64,000 bases of DNA from positions 26,383-90,382 of IMG/VR virus record IMGVR_UViG_3300009370_000009, one strand, 5' to 3'. Each line of letters begins with the position of its first letter. The first letter of the stretch is position 1. A program made the position numbers and the translations under genes. This stretch comes from a virus. Under the pieces are notes generated by a model. The model saw only the letters and a list, made by a program, of their open reading frames with translations, ran no database searches and was not told where the DNA came from. Positions 1-10,402 of this stretch are shown one piece after another.

Positions 1-222
1 TCTAAGACTTCTAAGACGGTTGATGGCCAGTATGGTAGAGATTATTTGAAAAGTTTAGTCGGGAACCGGCAGATGTTGGAGTTCTTTGTTCAAGATAAAC
101 CTAATGATGCTGGATCTACTTACACTGTTTTTATAGAGTCATACAATGAAGATCTAGTTCGTAGAGAACTCAACACGGGGACACACTTTTATAATGTTTC
201 ATTAGTGTTAAGGGAGAGTTAA
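1..222 (+). CDS. 3' end of a tail/baseplate protein (distal-tail-like domain), truncated by the window edge
   Basis: Frame 1 is open from base 1 to TAA at 220-222 (...DGQYGRDYLKSLV...YTVFIESYNEDLVRRE...HFYNVSLVLRES); similar to the C-terminus of the next ORF. Confidence 0.7.
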   Translation, partial: SKTSKTVDGQYGRDYLKSLVGNRQMLEFFVQDKPNDAGSTYTVFIESYNEDLVRRELNTGTHFYNVSLVLRES

Positions 223-3006
223 ATGGCTACAGCTTTTAATGACGGCTATAATTCGTTTACTCATCCGTTAACTTATTCATTCACTGGTACTACTCGAGAG
301 ATTGAGAGTGGCGCCATAACTATTTCAGCGTCTGGTTCTGCTGTCACTGCTGCAACGTTGGTGGAGCATCTTGCTGCTGCGGTTATTGGTGCAGGTTCTG
401 CTGTTATTGCGGCTTATGGTGAGCGGGTTGGCGTTTGTCAGATGTCGGGTTCTGGGTCTGTTTCTTGTGCGGCATCTAAGGTTGCTGTGGCTAGTTCTGC
501 GGTGTCTGGTGCTGGTTCTGTTTCGGCTACGGGTATTGAGGAGTTGTTGGCTTCTTCGTCGCCGTCTGGTTCAGGTTCTGTGTCTGCGACGGCTTATGAG
601 ATAATCCATGCTTCTGTGGCGATTTCTGGTACGGGTTCGTCGGTTACGGTTGGTATTGAAGAGTTGTTGCCGACGGTTGCGTTGTCTGGTTCGGGGTCGG
701 TGTCGTGTTCTGCGATGGAGATTCTGTTTGGTTCTGTTGCTATTTCTGGTACGGGTTCTTCTGTTACTGTTGGCATAGAGGAGTTGTTGCCAACGGTTAC
801 TATGTCTGGGACTGGTACTTTGTCGTGTACTGGTATAGAGGTTCTTCTGGGTGCTGCATCGTTGTCTTGTTCGGGTTCTGCTGTTACTGTTGCTATTGAA
901 GAGTTGTTGCCAACTGTGACTTTGGCTGGGGCGGGCACTGTGTCTGCTACTGCAACGCCTATATTGTTCGCGTCTGCTGCTGTTTCGGGAGCCGGGGCGG
1001 TGTCGGCGTCTGCTGTTGAAATCTTGTATGCTTCTGCGGCACTATCTTGTTCTGGTTCTGCTGTATCTGTCGGGATGGAGGAACTGCTACCAGAGATTAC
1101 TTTGTCTGGAACGGGTACGCTTTCAGTTTCGCATTCTGGCATCCAGTATGCTTCGGCGGCTATTTCCGGGTCTGGTACTGCGGTGTCGGTTGCTGGTCTG
1201 ATTGAATATGCTTCTTCTGCGATAATCGGTGTTGGTTCTACTCTGTCGGTGGCAATCGAGGTATTGCTTGATTCGACAACACTTGCCTGTACTGGAACTC
1301 TGTCAGCGACTGGTACGGAAGTTCTGCATGGCGCTTCAGCGGTTTCTGGTTCTGGTTCTGTGTCGTGCGTTCCGTTGGTGTTTAATGCTGGCGCTGTTGT
1401 ATTGTCTGGATCTGGTTCTGTTGATGCGGATTATGGTACTGGTTTGTTCGCCAGTGCGGCTTTGGCTGGAAGTGGTTCTGCTGTTTCTGCAGCCGGTTTG
1501 ATAGAGCATCTGGCTTCTGCTCTTGTTGGTGCTGGTTCTTCGTTTATTGCTGCTATGGGGATACGATTTGGTAATGCAACTGTTACTGCAAGCGGTAGTG
1601 TTGCTGCTACTGGAACAGAGATCAATCACCGTTCAGTTGCTGTGTCTGGGTCTGGTACGTTGTCTTGCGTTTCGCATGCTGTTAGACCTGGGTATCCTTC
1701 GGTTTTGGCCGGTTCTGGTTCTACTGCTGCTGTTGGTCGGGAAGAACTTCTGGGTGTGTCTGCGTCTAGTGGTTCTGGTAGCGTGTCGGGGACTTCGTAT
1801 AAGATTAGGTATCTGTCGATATCTATATCTGCTACTGGTTCGTCTCTGGCGGCGGGTAGGGAGGTTTTGTTTAATACTTCGGCTCAGTCTGGTATCGGAT
1901 CTTTGGCTGCTGCCCCTGTTGTTGTCAAGAGTTTGAGTGCTGCTATATCTGGTAGTGGTTCGGTTGCAACTGATTATACCAGGCATGCTTTGTCAAGTTC
2001 TGCGTTCTCTGGTGCTGGATCTGTTTCTTCTTCTGGTACTGAGGTGTTGTTTGGTAGTGTTGCTCCTATATCTGTTGGTTCTACGGCTACGGTTGGGAGT
2101 GAGGTGCTGTTAGCTACTTCTACGATATCGGGTGCCGGTTCTGTTTCTGTTACTGGTACGGAGGTTGTGTTTGCCAGTGCGTCGTTGTCTGGTTCTGGCA
2201 CCGTTCCTGATGTTGCGTGCAGCAAGATTGCTGTTGGGTCTTCTGGCCCTGTTGCGGGTTCTGGTTTGGTTGCGGTTATCGCTAGGGAAGTTTTGTTGGT
2301 GGCGAAGGAGTTGTCTGGGTCTGGTTCTGTTCCTGCTGTGTCATCAACGGCGGATCGGATAGTTGATCCTCCAGCCATGTCGGGTGCAGGAGCCGTGACT
2401 GCTGTTGGGGAGATTCAGATTGTGGCTTCTCCTACGTTGTCTGGTTCTGGATCGATTAGTGTTGTGGTTACTCAGATTGGGAGAGCGGTTCTTAGTGCTG
2501 ATAGAAGCAAAGTTGGTGTGATGGATGATTGGCTGTACCTTATGCGTCTTGATAATAATCCTATAACTGAGCAAAATAGGAAATTTGGGATTTCTGAAAA
2601 GTTTAATTCTGTGTCTACGGTTAGTAGGGCAGATGGGAATACTAACAGGTTTTTCCCAACAGATTACAATAAGAAGGTATTTAAGTTTACTTGGAAGTTT
2701 ATAGCAAACGACAAGCAGGGTAATTTCGATTTCTTGAATGGGCGTGATTATTTGAAGTCTGTTGCTGATGCCGATTCGATTCATACTCTTGGTTTGCGTA
2801 GTGCAACGAGTTCGGTATTTGATGCTGATGGGGATTACAGTGTTGTGGTAAAATCATATAGTGAGAATCTTGTCCGTAGGGCGGTTGTTACTGATACTGT
2901 TGATGGTGTTGTGTCTGATGATGCTGAGATTGGGACGCCGTTGAATAGTGATAGTAAGTATGGTAAATATTTTTGGGATGTTACTATGGAGTTTGAAGAG
3001 GTATGA
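223..3006 (+). CDS. Virion protein: long Ser/Gly/Ala/Val 20-aa repeat region fused to a C-terminal distal-tail-like domain
   Basis: 927 aa; SGSGSVS-type repeats with 60/120-nt periodicity; C-terminal GRDYLKS...SYSENLVRR...FWDVTMEFEEV; lies in the tail gene cluster. Confidence 0.75.
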   Translation: MATAFNDGYNSFTHPLTYSFTGTTREIESGAITISASGSAVTAATLVEHLAAAVIGAGSAVIAAYGERVGVCQMSGSGSVSCAASKVAVASSAVSGAGSVSATGIEELLASSSPSGSGSVSATAYEIIHASVAISGTGSSVTVGIEELLPTVALSGSGSVSCSAMEILFGSVAISGTGSSVTVGIEELLPTVTMSGTGTLSCTGIEVLLGAASLSCSGSAVTVAIEELLPTVTLAGAGTVSATATPILFASAAVSGAGAVSASAVEILYASAALSCSGSAVSVGMEELLPEITLSGTGTLSVSHSGIQYASAAISGSGTAVSVAGLIEYASSAIIGVGSTLSVAIEVLLDSTTLACTGTLSATGTEVLHGASAVSGSGSVSCVPLVFNAGAVVLSGSGSVDADYGTGLFASAALAGSGSAVSAAGLIEHLASALVGAGSSFIAAMGIRFGNATVTASGSVAATGTEINHRSVAVSGSGTLSCVSHAVRPGYPSVLAGSGSTAAVGREELLGVSASSGSGSVSGTSYKIRYLSISISATGSSLAAGREVLFNTSAQSGIGSLAAAPVVVKSLSAAISGSGSVATDYTRHALSSSAFSGAGSVSSSGTEVLFGSVAPISVGSTATVGSEVLLATSTISGAGSVSVTGTEVVFASASLSGSGTVPDVACSKIAVGSSGPVAGSGLVAVIAREVLLVAKELSGSGSVPAVSSTADRIVDPPAMSGAGAVTAVGEIQIVASPTLSGSGSISVVVTQIGRAVLSADRSKVGVMDDWLYLMRLDNNPITEQNRKFGISEKFNSVSTVSRADGNTNRFFPTDYNKKVFKFTWKFIANDKQGNFDFLNGRDYLKSVADADSIHTLGLRSATSSVFDADGDYSVVVKSYSENLVRRAVVTDTVDGVVSDDAEIGTPLNSDSKYGKYFWDVTMEFEEV

Positions 3007-6000
3007 TTACTGTAAATGACCAGGGGACAGCGTTGAGTTCTGCTTTCGATACGGCTACGGCGTCGGGGGTTCAGCAGGTTTTGCCTAAGATTATTGCTGA
3101 GTGGAGGAATTCTAAGACTTTAGATAATGTTGCTGTGACTGTTACGCCTTCGTCGGAGGATTATACTGATTCTGAGAAGGCGGATGGGGAGGTTGGAGAT
3201 TATTTTGATGGTAGGCAGGTCACTAATGGGTGGAATAGGCAGGCTACAACTTGGGCTGTTGCCGGCGATAAGGATGTTGATGGTTTAACGATTCGTGCTG
3301 ATGGCACATGGCATGCGATGCCGGAAAAGAATGATGGGGCGACAGAGTTTGGTTGGCGTGCGAAGAATGCTACTAACTCGTCTGGCGTGTATTCAACTGA
3401 GCCGGTTGTAACAATGACTTTTGATCAGGAAAAAATAAACTATATTGATGTTTATACTTCTGAGTATTCTGGCGCTGTCAAAGAGTATACTTTGCAATAT
3501 AAGGATTCAAACGGAACTTATCAGAATGTTGTTACGAACCATGTTTTATCTAAGGGCACTCACACTTATAGGCACACGCTGAATTCTGGTAACACGCTGG
3601 ATGTGCAGGGAGTTAAACTGACAGTACATAAGACTCAGAATGGATCAGATCACGCAAGGATTAATGAAATAAATCCTGTATATGAAACAGATATTAGTGA
3701 TAAGGTTGTAAGTTGCAGCACTGCAAAGAATAGGGAGATACATGATACTACTTTGCCTTTGGGTGGGATTGCAGCTAATGAGTTTTCTATGACGTTGGAT
3801 AATCACGATCATAGTTTTACTATTGGTAATAATAAGTTGTATGGCGGTTATATAAATAAAGATGTTAAGTTTACTATTTCTATGGGTTGGAGGACTTCTG
3901 AGAATCCTGATGTTTTTGAATATGTAAATTGTGGTACTTACTGGGCTGATGAGTGGAAGCAGTCTAGTAATATGACGATGGAGGTTAGGGCTAGAGATTT
4001 TACTAGGTTCATGACTGATGTGGCTATTGATGGTGGGTTTATTGTTGAAAACTCTGATGCGGGTGCTGCTCTGAGAACTCTGGTGACGCAGAAGAACTTC
4101 CCACGGGCTGACTTCCAGTCTCTGTATCCGTATCGAAAGGCGGTTAGGGAGGATGGGGCGATTGCCCACTTCCGCTTCTCAGAGGGGGTCGGTGACGGGA
4201 CCGCGAGCGGTACAGACTCCATTACCCCCTCTAATGGCCTCGTAGCCCGCTGGTGGGCCTTACAGGAGGTCTCAGAGCATATTATGGAGGTCCAGAAGGC
4301 GCAGAATCCTGACACGTTGGTGTTCCAGACTCAGATTCCGTCCCTTTCGGGGAGGGAGTTGATTGACTACACTAGGTCACCGAATGTAACTGAAAATAGT
4401 TTGGAAAATGCTGCGACAACTAATAATGCCATAGATTTCGATAACCGAACGATAGGCGGGCAGACAGATTATTATCATGCCGTATTCGATGGATTTTTCA
4501 TTCCTCCAAGTAGTAACAATTATCAGTTTAAAGTCACTGTCGCTAATGGCGGGTTTAGGTTGTATATTGGGGGAAATTCGTCTAGAACGATATACGAGTC
4601 TGGTAAGGGAAGCGAGACTTTGCGTAGGGATATGGATACGCATAAGGGCTATTTGAGATTGGACAAGTTGTTCAAGTCGTCTGATAATTATACTACTGAT
4701 AGTATTTATCTTTATGCTGGGCGACCTGTACCTATTAGGGTTGAGGCTTTTCATGCTGATGGTACATTTGATTTCAAGGTAGAGCGCAATATTGGTGGCG
4801 GTTCTTTTTCGGCAATTACGAATACGGAGACTAGGACTGAGGTTGCATTTGACGTTATTGGATCTAGGAATGATTTCGTTGCCACTAATAACTATTCGTC
4901 AGATATTAGAAATCATGGCACATATTCTGGTGATCCGTTGCTTCGCAAACCTGGTGGTTTAACTTCGGATCGGGAAGATCATGCTGTTCAGTTTGATCAT
5001 ACTAGTGGAAGCGACGATTATGTTACTATTCCATATGACTTATCTCTTGACCTTACCAATAATACTAGTAGCAACTATACTGGCGAGTTTAGTCTTGAAG
5101 CATATGTAAACTTTACTGCATTTGTATCGGGTCAAGGTGTTTATGCCGGCAATATGGATAATGCAACATCTGGTACTGGGACTAAGGGTGTTGGGTTGTA
5201 TTGGAAGAGTTCGAGTCGTGGGGTTAAGTTTATCAATAGTTCAGGGACGATGCATCAGGCATCTGTTACTGCGGCTGGGGCAATAGATAGCTGGGTTCAC
5301 GTTGTCGCTACATACGATGGTACAGATTTAAAGTATTATGAGAATGGGGTCTTGAAGGATACGGCGACGAGCGTTGGCGCCCCGGCAGGTTGGTCTAGTC
5401 AGGATTTCTTGCTTGGTAAGCATACTTATGGGTCTACAAGCACTACTCATTTCCGTGGGTATTTCGATGAGTTTGCTATTTACCGAAAGGCGCTGACGGC
5501 AGATCAGGTGCGGGATCATTATTATATTACCACTATGTCTGAGTTGAGGATTCATCCGTATCTGTTTGGCAATCAGAATGCTTTTGAGATTGCAGGTCAG
5601 ATTGCTACTGGTGATTTGGGCATGTTTTATTTCGATGAGTTTGGGAAGTTCAGGTACGATCACTTCTATAGACTTCACGAGGCAGCCATTACGGATCACG
5701 CTGTGTCTCAGGCCACTCTGAGCGATTCTTCTAATATTGAGAATGCGGAGAGGCGTATCGAATTGCTTGCGAATAAGGTTACAGTGGTAGTTAATCCTAC
5801 TATCAAAAAGAATATAGGAATTAACTCGTTGTGGAGGGCGCCTAATAATCATAGTGTTACAGTTACGAAACTTGCTAGCGATCCGTTATCTGCTTCTGCC
5901 ACTCAAATGTTGGTTGATAATATCTCAGATCCACCGTGGCCGGAAAAGGGGTATGTGAAAATAAATTCAGAAATTATTAAGTATGATTCGACTACTGGAA

Positions 6001-6677
6001 GCCAGTTGTTAGAACTTACTAGGGGCCAGTTTGGAACTACTGCTGCTGAACATGCACGACTTTCTATTGTTAGAGAGACGAAGTTTTACCAGTTTGGTTG
6101 GACGCAGGCCCCTGCTGTTGATATTAAAGATCCATTTATTGCTGCTATAGAGTTTGAAAACCCAGATTTGGTTGAAATTGAGAGATTTATTAAAAAACCT
6201 TATTCTGGTGAAATAGTTATTTCGGCCACAACTGATGTCCCGATTGAATCCAACTCTGGACAAGTAGTGTTGTTGGATGGAAAGAATGAGTACACTGGCG
6301 TTGAGTATTTCACCTCTATTGCGGGGGTGGCAATTTCTGATGCCGGCGCAACTTCTGAGGTGAATAGCAAGAGTGCTAACTATTCTGATAGTATTAGAAA
6401 ATACGGTTTGAAAGAGATAAAGATAAATAACAGGTTCTTTTCTGATGAGGATTACGCTCAAAGGATAGCTGACTTTCTGATTAGCAAGATGGAAAATGGG
6501 TCACCAATATTGGATGTGAATGTGATATCTATGCCTAGGCTTCAATTGGGTGATCGTGTCACGATTTCTAGCCTAGAGCAGCTTGGGATTTCCAATCGTG
6601 ACTACTGGGTTATTGAGTCTAAAATAGAGTATACTGGAGGAGTGAAGCAAAAACTTACTCTTAGGGAGGTTTCCTGA
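3003..6677 (+). CDS. Minor tail/baseplate protein with PA14-like and LamG (concanavalin A-like) carbohydrate-binding domains
   Basis: 1224 aa; PA14-like AVFDGFFIPPSSNNYQFKV...GGFRLYIGG...AGRPVPIRVE; LamG-like FSLEAYV...WVHVVATYDG...YYENG...FDEFAIYRKALTADQV. Confidence 0.8.
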   Translation: MITVNDQGTALSSAFDTATASGVQQVLPKIIAEWRNSKTLDNVAVTVTPSSEDYTDSEKADGEVGDYFDGRQVTNGWNRQATTWAVAGDKDVDGLTIRADGTWHAMPEKNDGATEFGWRAKNATNSSGVYSTEPVVTMTFDQEKINYIDVYTSEYSGAVKEYTLQYKDSNGTYQNVVTNHVLSKGTHTYRHTLNSGNTLDVQGVKLTVHKTQNGSDHARINEINPVYETDISDKVVSCSTAKNREIHDTTLPLGGIAANEFSMTLDNHDHSFTIGNNKLYGGYINKDVKFTISMGWRTSENPDVFEYVNCGTYWADEWKQSSNMTMEVRARDFTRFMTDVAIDGGFIVENSDAGAALRTLVTQKNFPRADFQSLYPYRKAVREDGAIAHFRFSEGVGDGTASGTDSITPSNGLVARWWALQEVSEHIMEVQKAQNPDTLVFQTQIPSLSGRELIDYTRSPNVTENSLENAATTNNAIDFDNRTIGGQTDYYHAVFDGFFIPPSSNNYQFKVTVANGGFRLYIGGNSSRTIYESGKGSETLRRDMDTHKGYLRLDKLFKSSDNYTTDSIYLYAGRPVPIRVEAFHADGTFDFKVERNIGGGSFSAITNTETRTEVAFDVIGSRNDFVATNNYSSDIRNHGTYSGDPLLRKPGGLTSDREDHAVQFDHTSGSDDYVTIPYDLSLDLTNNTSSNYTGEFSLEAYVNFTAFVSGQGVYAGNMDNATSGTGTKGVGLYWKSSSRGVKFINSSGTMHQASVTAAGAIDSWVHVVATYDGTDLKYYENGVLKDTATSVGAPAGWSSQDFLLGKHTYGSTSTTHFRGYFDEFAIYRKALTADQVRDHYYITTMSELRIHPYLFGNQNAFEIAGQIATGDLGMFYFDEFGKFRYDHFYRLHEAAITDHAVSQATLSDSSNIENAERRIELLANKVTVVVNPTIKKNIGINSLWRAPNNHSVTVTKLASDPLSASATQMLVDNISDPPWPEKGYVKINSEIIKYDSTTGSQLLELTRGQFGTTAAEHARLSIVRETKFYQFGWTQAPAVDIKDPFIAAIEFENPDLVEIERFIKKPYSGEIVISATTDVPIESNSGQVVLLDGKNEYTGVEYFTSIAGVAISDAGATSEVNSKSANYSDSIRKYGLKEIKINNRFFSDEDYAQRIADFLISKMENGSPILDVNVISMPRLQLGDRVTISSLEQLGISNRDYWVIESKIEYTGGVKQKLTLREVS

Positions 6678-9600
6678 TGTCTGAGGGAACTCCCGAAAAT
6701 AAGGTAACGTATTTTACTGCCCAGGGCCATAGCCACGATGGAATTAATTCCACTAAGATAGATTTTTCTGGCTATGATTTGTTTGATTTTATAACGGAAG
6801 GCGATTTAAAGCGTATCGTCCTGAACATTGTTGACGATAACCCGTTACGACCTAAGGGCGGGATTATAATAGAACCCCCAGAGGGTGGTGCTGATGGGGT
6901 GTTTATTGGCCCAACTGTACCTGGCACATTAACTGGCTTGGCATCGACTTGCGAGATAGTTGACGATGGGGCGTCGATCAGGAATGTTACATGGAATAAA
7001 GTTCCGGGGGCGTCGTCGTATATTGTTCAGTTATATAGAAGTATTGATGATGGAGCCAACTATTTGAAAGTTGCGGAAGTCGAAACTTCTATTACGAGCC
7101 ATTCGTTTGAGCAGGTTCCGATGGCGAATGTTGCGGATACTAAATATAAATTGATTGCTTATGGTAAGAGTGGAGCGGGAATATCTGGGGGGAACCAAAT
7201 AATAAGCAATATTTCGGCTTGTGTTGATACAACTGCGCCGAGTGGACCTAAGTTTGAAGATTCGTCTAGTTCGTCTACTCCGAATATGTTTGTTAGCTTC
7301 AAGGGGTTTATAGCGAGGCTTCAGGAGCAGACTGAGGCAGATACCAAGTGGGGTATCGGCCAGTTTGAATATAGTGTTTCTACGAGCCTGGCATCTGAAG
7401 GTCAGTGGGTTTCTAACGAGGTTAAGAGTGGCCGCCAGACGGGCAGGATTATTACTGCTTCTGGTTTGACTACTGGAACTGCATATTATTTACGGGTCCG
7501 TGCTTATGACAATTCTAACAATTATAGTCCTTGGACTTATTGGAACGGTCTTGGCGATGACGGGGACGCAACGATGTCAAACGCTGACTCGATTACTCCT
7601 GCTAGGATAACAGGAAATGCTGATATTGTTGCTAATAGTATTACGGCATCAGAGATCGCTGCGCATACTATAACTGCTGGGGAAATTCAGGCTAACACTA
7701 TATCGGCTGATCGTCTACAGACAACGTTTGCTTTGGTTGACCATACGATTCAATCTAATTCCTATACTGCTGGCGATGAGGGTTGGATGATCCAATATGA
7801 TGGGACCGCTGAATTTAATGGTGCCGTGACGGCTAGGAACTTGACTATTGTTGGCAAGACGAGCGATAGTAATGATTGTTCTATAGAGCTGCAAGCTAGC
7901 AATGGCGATCCTTTGTTTAAGGTAGATCCGAATGGTGATGTAACTGCTAAGGCTGATTTAACGGTAGGGAATTGGACATCGAGTTCTGGGAAGGGCATGA
8001 ATTGGGACAGTTCGGCTGGAGAGTTGAGTATTCGTGGTGTTATTGGTATTGTTGGGGGGTGGACGATTGATGCTAGCGCCATGTATGTTGGCAGTCGAAC
8101 AACTAGTGGATATTCGTCTTCTGGGATAACATTCTACAGCGGTGGATCGTTACATTCTAAAAACTTTTATATTGACAGTAGCGGAGAAGCACACTTTAGT
8201 ACATCTGGAAGCGGAACAGGTGCTAAGTTGGTTATTTCGCCTACAGCCTCAAGTGTGGCTGAACATTCATGGATTCAAGGATATACTGGAAGTGGAAATG
8301 AGGCGTATCCTGGGCTGTTGATCTTCACTACAGATAGCTCAACAGAGTCAGCAGTCTATTTGGCTGCCCCAAGATTTACCACCACAACGAATTTTTCTGG
8401 TTTTAAAGCCGTTCATAATACAGCTGGTCGGGGGTTTGTTACTATGGGAACTCCTGATAAGCAGAATACATTTATATCAACATCCACTAGCGCCAGTGCT
8501 GTTACTAATGTTTTGGGATATGGGGGGTTGTCGTTTGCTGAGCATGGAGATCCTGGGGCCGGGGTAGGAAATACTTTGTATCGAAAGAATACTAATGAGT
8601 TGTGGTGGAATGATTCTCGAATTGATGGCGGCTCTACGTATACGTTCTCCTCGCCACTGTCAGAGTCTGGTGGGACGGTCAGCATCGATCTGACTTCTTA
8701 TATGACGCATTGGAAGGTTCAAGGGGATGACGCCAGCCCTACAGATATTGGCCCCACTCAGGAGACGTTGACCATCTCTGGGGGCACACATTTAACTTCT
8801 GCTAGGGCATCTAATCAGATTACGATTAATCACAATTCTGGTGCTGGATCTAATCATATACCTGCAGGGGGAAGCAGCGGGCAGGTATTGGAATATGGTG
8901 GTTCCTCCGGTACAGCACAATGGGCTTCTGCAAGTGGTGGTGTAACAGATCATGGGGCTTTATCTGGTTTGTCTGACGATGACCACCCCCAGTATCTGAA
9001 ACTTACCGGGGGCACAATGAGTGGTGGTATAACATTCTCTAATGGCAACCACATAACCGGCTCTAGCAGTAGCAACGTCTACTTCCAAGGCGGGTCTAGT
9101 GGAACCTCATGGTTGAGGGCTTACTCTGGAAGTAGCGCCAAGATCAAGTGCGGCAGCGCTGGAGACATCGTTTTTTATGCCTCTCCTAGGCCTAATGGGA
9201 ACATGTACCACGATCTTGGGACTTCTAGCCTGTGGTGGAACTACTCGTACCACTACAAGATGGATACTTCTGCGTTGCCCGGTGCTGCTGGTTCCGGTTG
9301 GTACATGTGGTTCAACACATCTGACCAGGTGATGAAAACATCGTCATCAGAGCGCATCAAGAAGGACATCGTTACGATTCCGACAACTGAAGCCTTGGAC
9401 AGAATTAAGGATCTACGGCCCGTTGAGTTCTCAGCCAAGACAAACCCCAGCGATCTAGTGATAGACGACATGTGGGAGTTCAAGCGTTATAGGGGTTTCA
9501 TCGCAGAAGAGGCGGCAACGGTCGATAAGGACTACGGTTTGTACAACTGGTGGAAGTCGAATGATCCTGATAGCGAGGACTATGACAAGGTGCTGCCCAG

Positions 9601-9781
9601 CCTCTCGTCTCTACAGAGGGAGTGGACTGATGAAGAGGTCGCTGCTTATTATGATCTTGATGAAGCAAGGCCGCAGATGTTTGATCTGCATGCTATTTTG
9701 GCTGATTCTGTAGGGGCTATACAAGAACTATCAAACAAATTAGAGGCTGCAGAGGCCAGATTGGCTGCTTTGGAAGCCTAA
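6677..9781 (+). CDS. Tail fibre/spike with FN3-like domain and C-terminal intramolecular chaperone (peptidase S74-like)
   Basis: GLTTGTAYYLRVRAYD...YSPW (FN3-like); SSERIKKDI...LRPVEF...GFIAEE...AIQEL plus coiled coil (S74/ICA). Confidence 0.85.
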   Translation: MSEGTPENKVTYFTAQGHSHDGINSTKIDFSGYDLFDFITEGDLKRIVLNIVDDNPLRPKGGIIIEPPEGGADGVFIGPTVPGTLTGLASTCEIVDDGASIRNVTWNKVPGASSYIVQLYRSIDDGANYLKVAEVETSITSHSFEQVPMANVADTKYKLIAYGKSGAGISGGNQIISNISACVDTTAPSGPKFEDSSSSSTPNMFVSFKGFIARLQEQTEADTKWGIGQFEYSVSTSLASEGQWVSNEVKSGRQTGRIITASGLTTGTAYYLRVRAYDNSNNYSPWTYWNGLGDDGDATMSNADSITPARITGNADIVANSITASEIAAHTITAGEIQANTISADRLQTTFALVDHTIQSNSYTAGDEGWMIQYDGTAEFNGAVTARNLTIVGKTSDSNDCSIELQASNGDPLFKVDPNGDVTAKADLTVGNWTSSSGKGMNWDSSAGELSIRGVIGIVGGWTIDASAMYVGSRTTSGYSSSGITFYSGGSLHSKNFYIDSSGEAHFSTSGSGTGAKLVISPTASSVAEHSWIQGYTGSGNEAYPGLLIFTTDSSTESAVYLAAPRFTTTTNFSGFKAVHNTAGRGFVTMGTPDKQNTFISTSTSASAVTNVLGYGGLSFAEHGDPGAGVGNTLYRKNTNELWWNDSRIDGGSTYTFSSPLSESGGTVSIDLTSYMTHWKVQGDDASPTDIGPTQETLTISGGTHLTSARASNQITINHNSGAGSNHIPAGGSSGQVLEYGGSSGTAQWASASGGVTDHGALSGLSDDDHPQYLKLTGGTMSGGITFSNGNHITGSSSSNVYFQGGSSGTSWLRAYSGSSAKIKCGSAGDIVFYASPRPNGNMYHDLGTSSLWWNYSYHYKMDTSALPGAAGSGWYMWFNTSDQVMKTSSSERIKKDIVTIPTTEALDRIKDLRPVEFSAKTNPSDLVIDDMWEFKRYRGFIAEEAATVDKDYGLYNWWKSNDPDSEDYDKVLPSLSSLQREWTDEEVAAYYDLDEARPQMFDLHAILADSVGAIQELSNKLEAAEARLAALEA

Positions 9782-9784
9782 TAA

Positions 9785-9793
9785 TGGTATAAT
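9785..9793 (+). promoter_or_regulatory. Extended -10 element (TGgTATAAT)
   Basis: tggtataat 9 nt upstream of the ATG at 9803. Confidence 0.5.
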
Positions 9794-9802
9794 GGAGATG
9801 TC

Positions 9803-10402
9803 ATGGGATATAACACTTATTCTACTGTAAGTTGGAGCGACGGCACTCCAATAACGTCAGATCGTTTACAGCAAATGTCGTCAAATTCTGAGGCGATCAA
9901 GACTACTACGGATGAGTATGCTCAGGGCCTTTTGGCTCATCAGGAGTATGGTACGTCTGGTTCTGCCATTACAGATACTAGTGCGGATAAGGTTATTGGG
10001 CTTGATAGTTCTAGTTCTTGGGATAATAGTGGAGATAATAGAGTAACAATTGGAGCCAATAGATGGCTTAAGATAACCTTTAGCATTTCTGGGGTTGAGT
10101 TTACTGATCTTGCTAACGGAGCGATTGGAGCTGGGTACTATTTTAAGTTAGTTGAAGGTACGGCCAGTTCAGATACTACTGTGGCGCAGTGGTATTTTGC
10201 AACACCGGATGAGGATGCTTCAGACATGAAAACTACTGGAGGTGCTTATACTGTAATGTTGGATAGCGGCGCTACGGGCAAAACGAACGTTGCGTATACA
10301 GTATTCATGTCTAGAGAAAGTGGCGCTACTTCGTACAAAACTCTGGCTTCGAGTACCTCTAAGAAGCAATTGTTTGCTGAAGACTGTGGCAAGAAGGTCT
10401 AA
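9803..10402 (+). CDS. Hypothetical, probably virion-associated protein
   Basis: 199 aa Ser/Thr/Gly-rich ORF following the tail fibre. Confidence 0.6.
   Translation: MGYNTYSTVSWSDGTPITSDRLQQMSSNSEAIKTTTDEYAQGLLAHQEYGTSGSAITDTSADKVIGLDSSSSWDNSGDNRVTIGANRWLKITFSISGVEFTDLANGAIGAGYYFKLVEGTASSDTTVAQWYFATPDEDASDMKTTGGAYTVMLDSGATGKTNVAYTVFMSRESGATSYKTLASSTSKKQLFAEDCGKKV

Noticed and set aside
371-9483. Many alternative-frame and antisense ORFs inside the tail genes
   Set aside because: Shadows of repetitive, strand-biased coding sequence with no recognisable motifs.
6677-9781. Diversity-generating retroelement targeting the tail fibre
   Set aside because: No reverse transcriptase and no template/variable repeat pair seen in the window.
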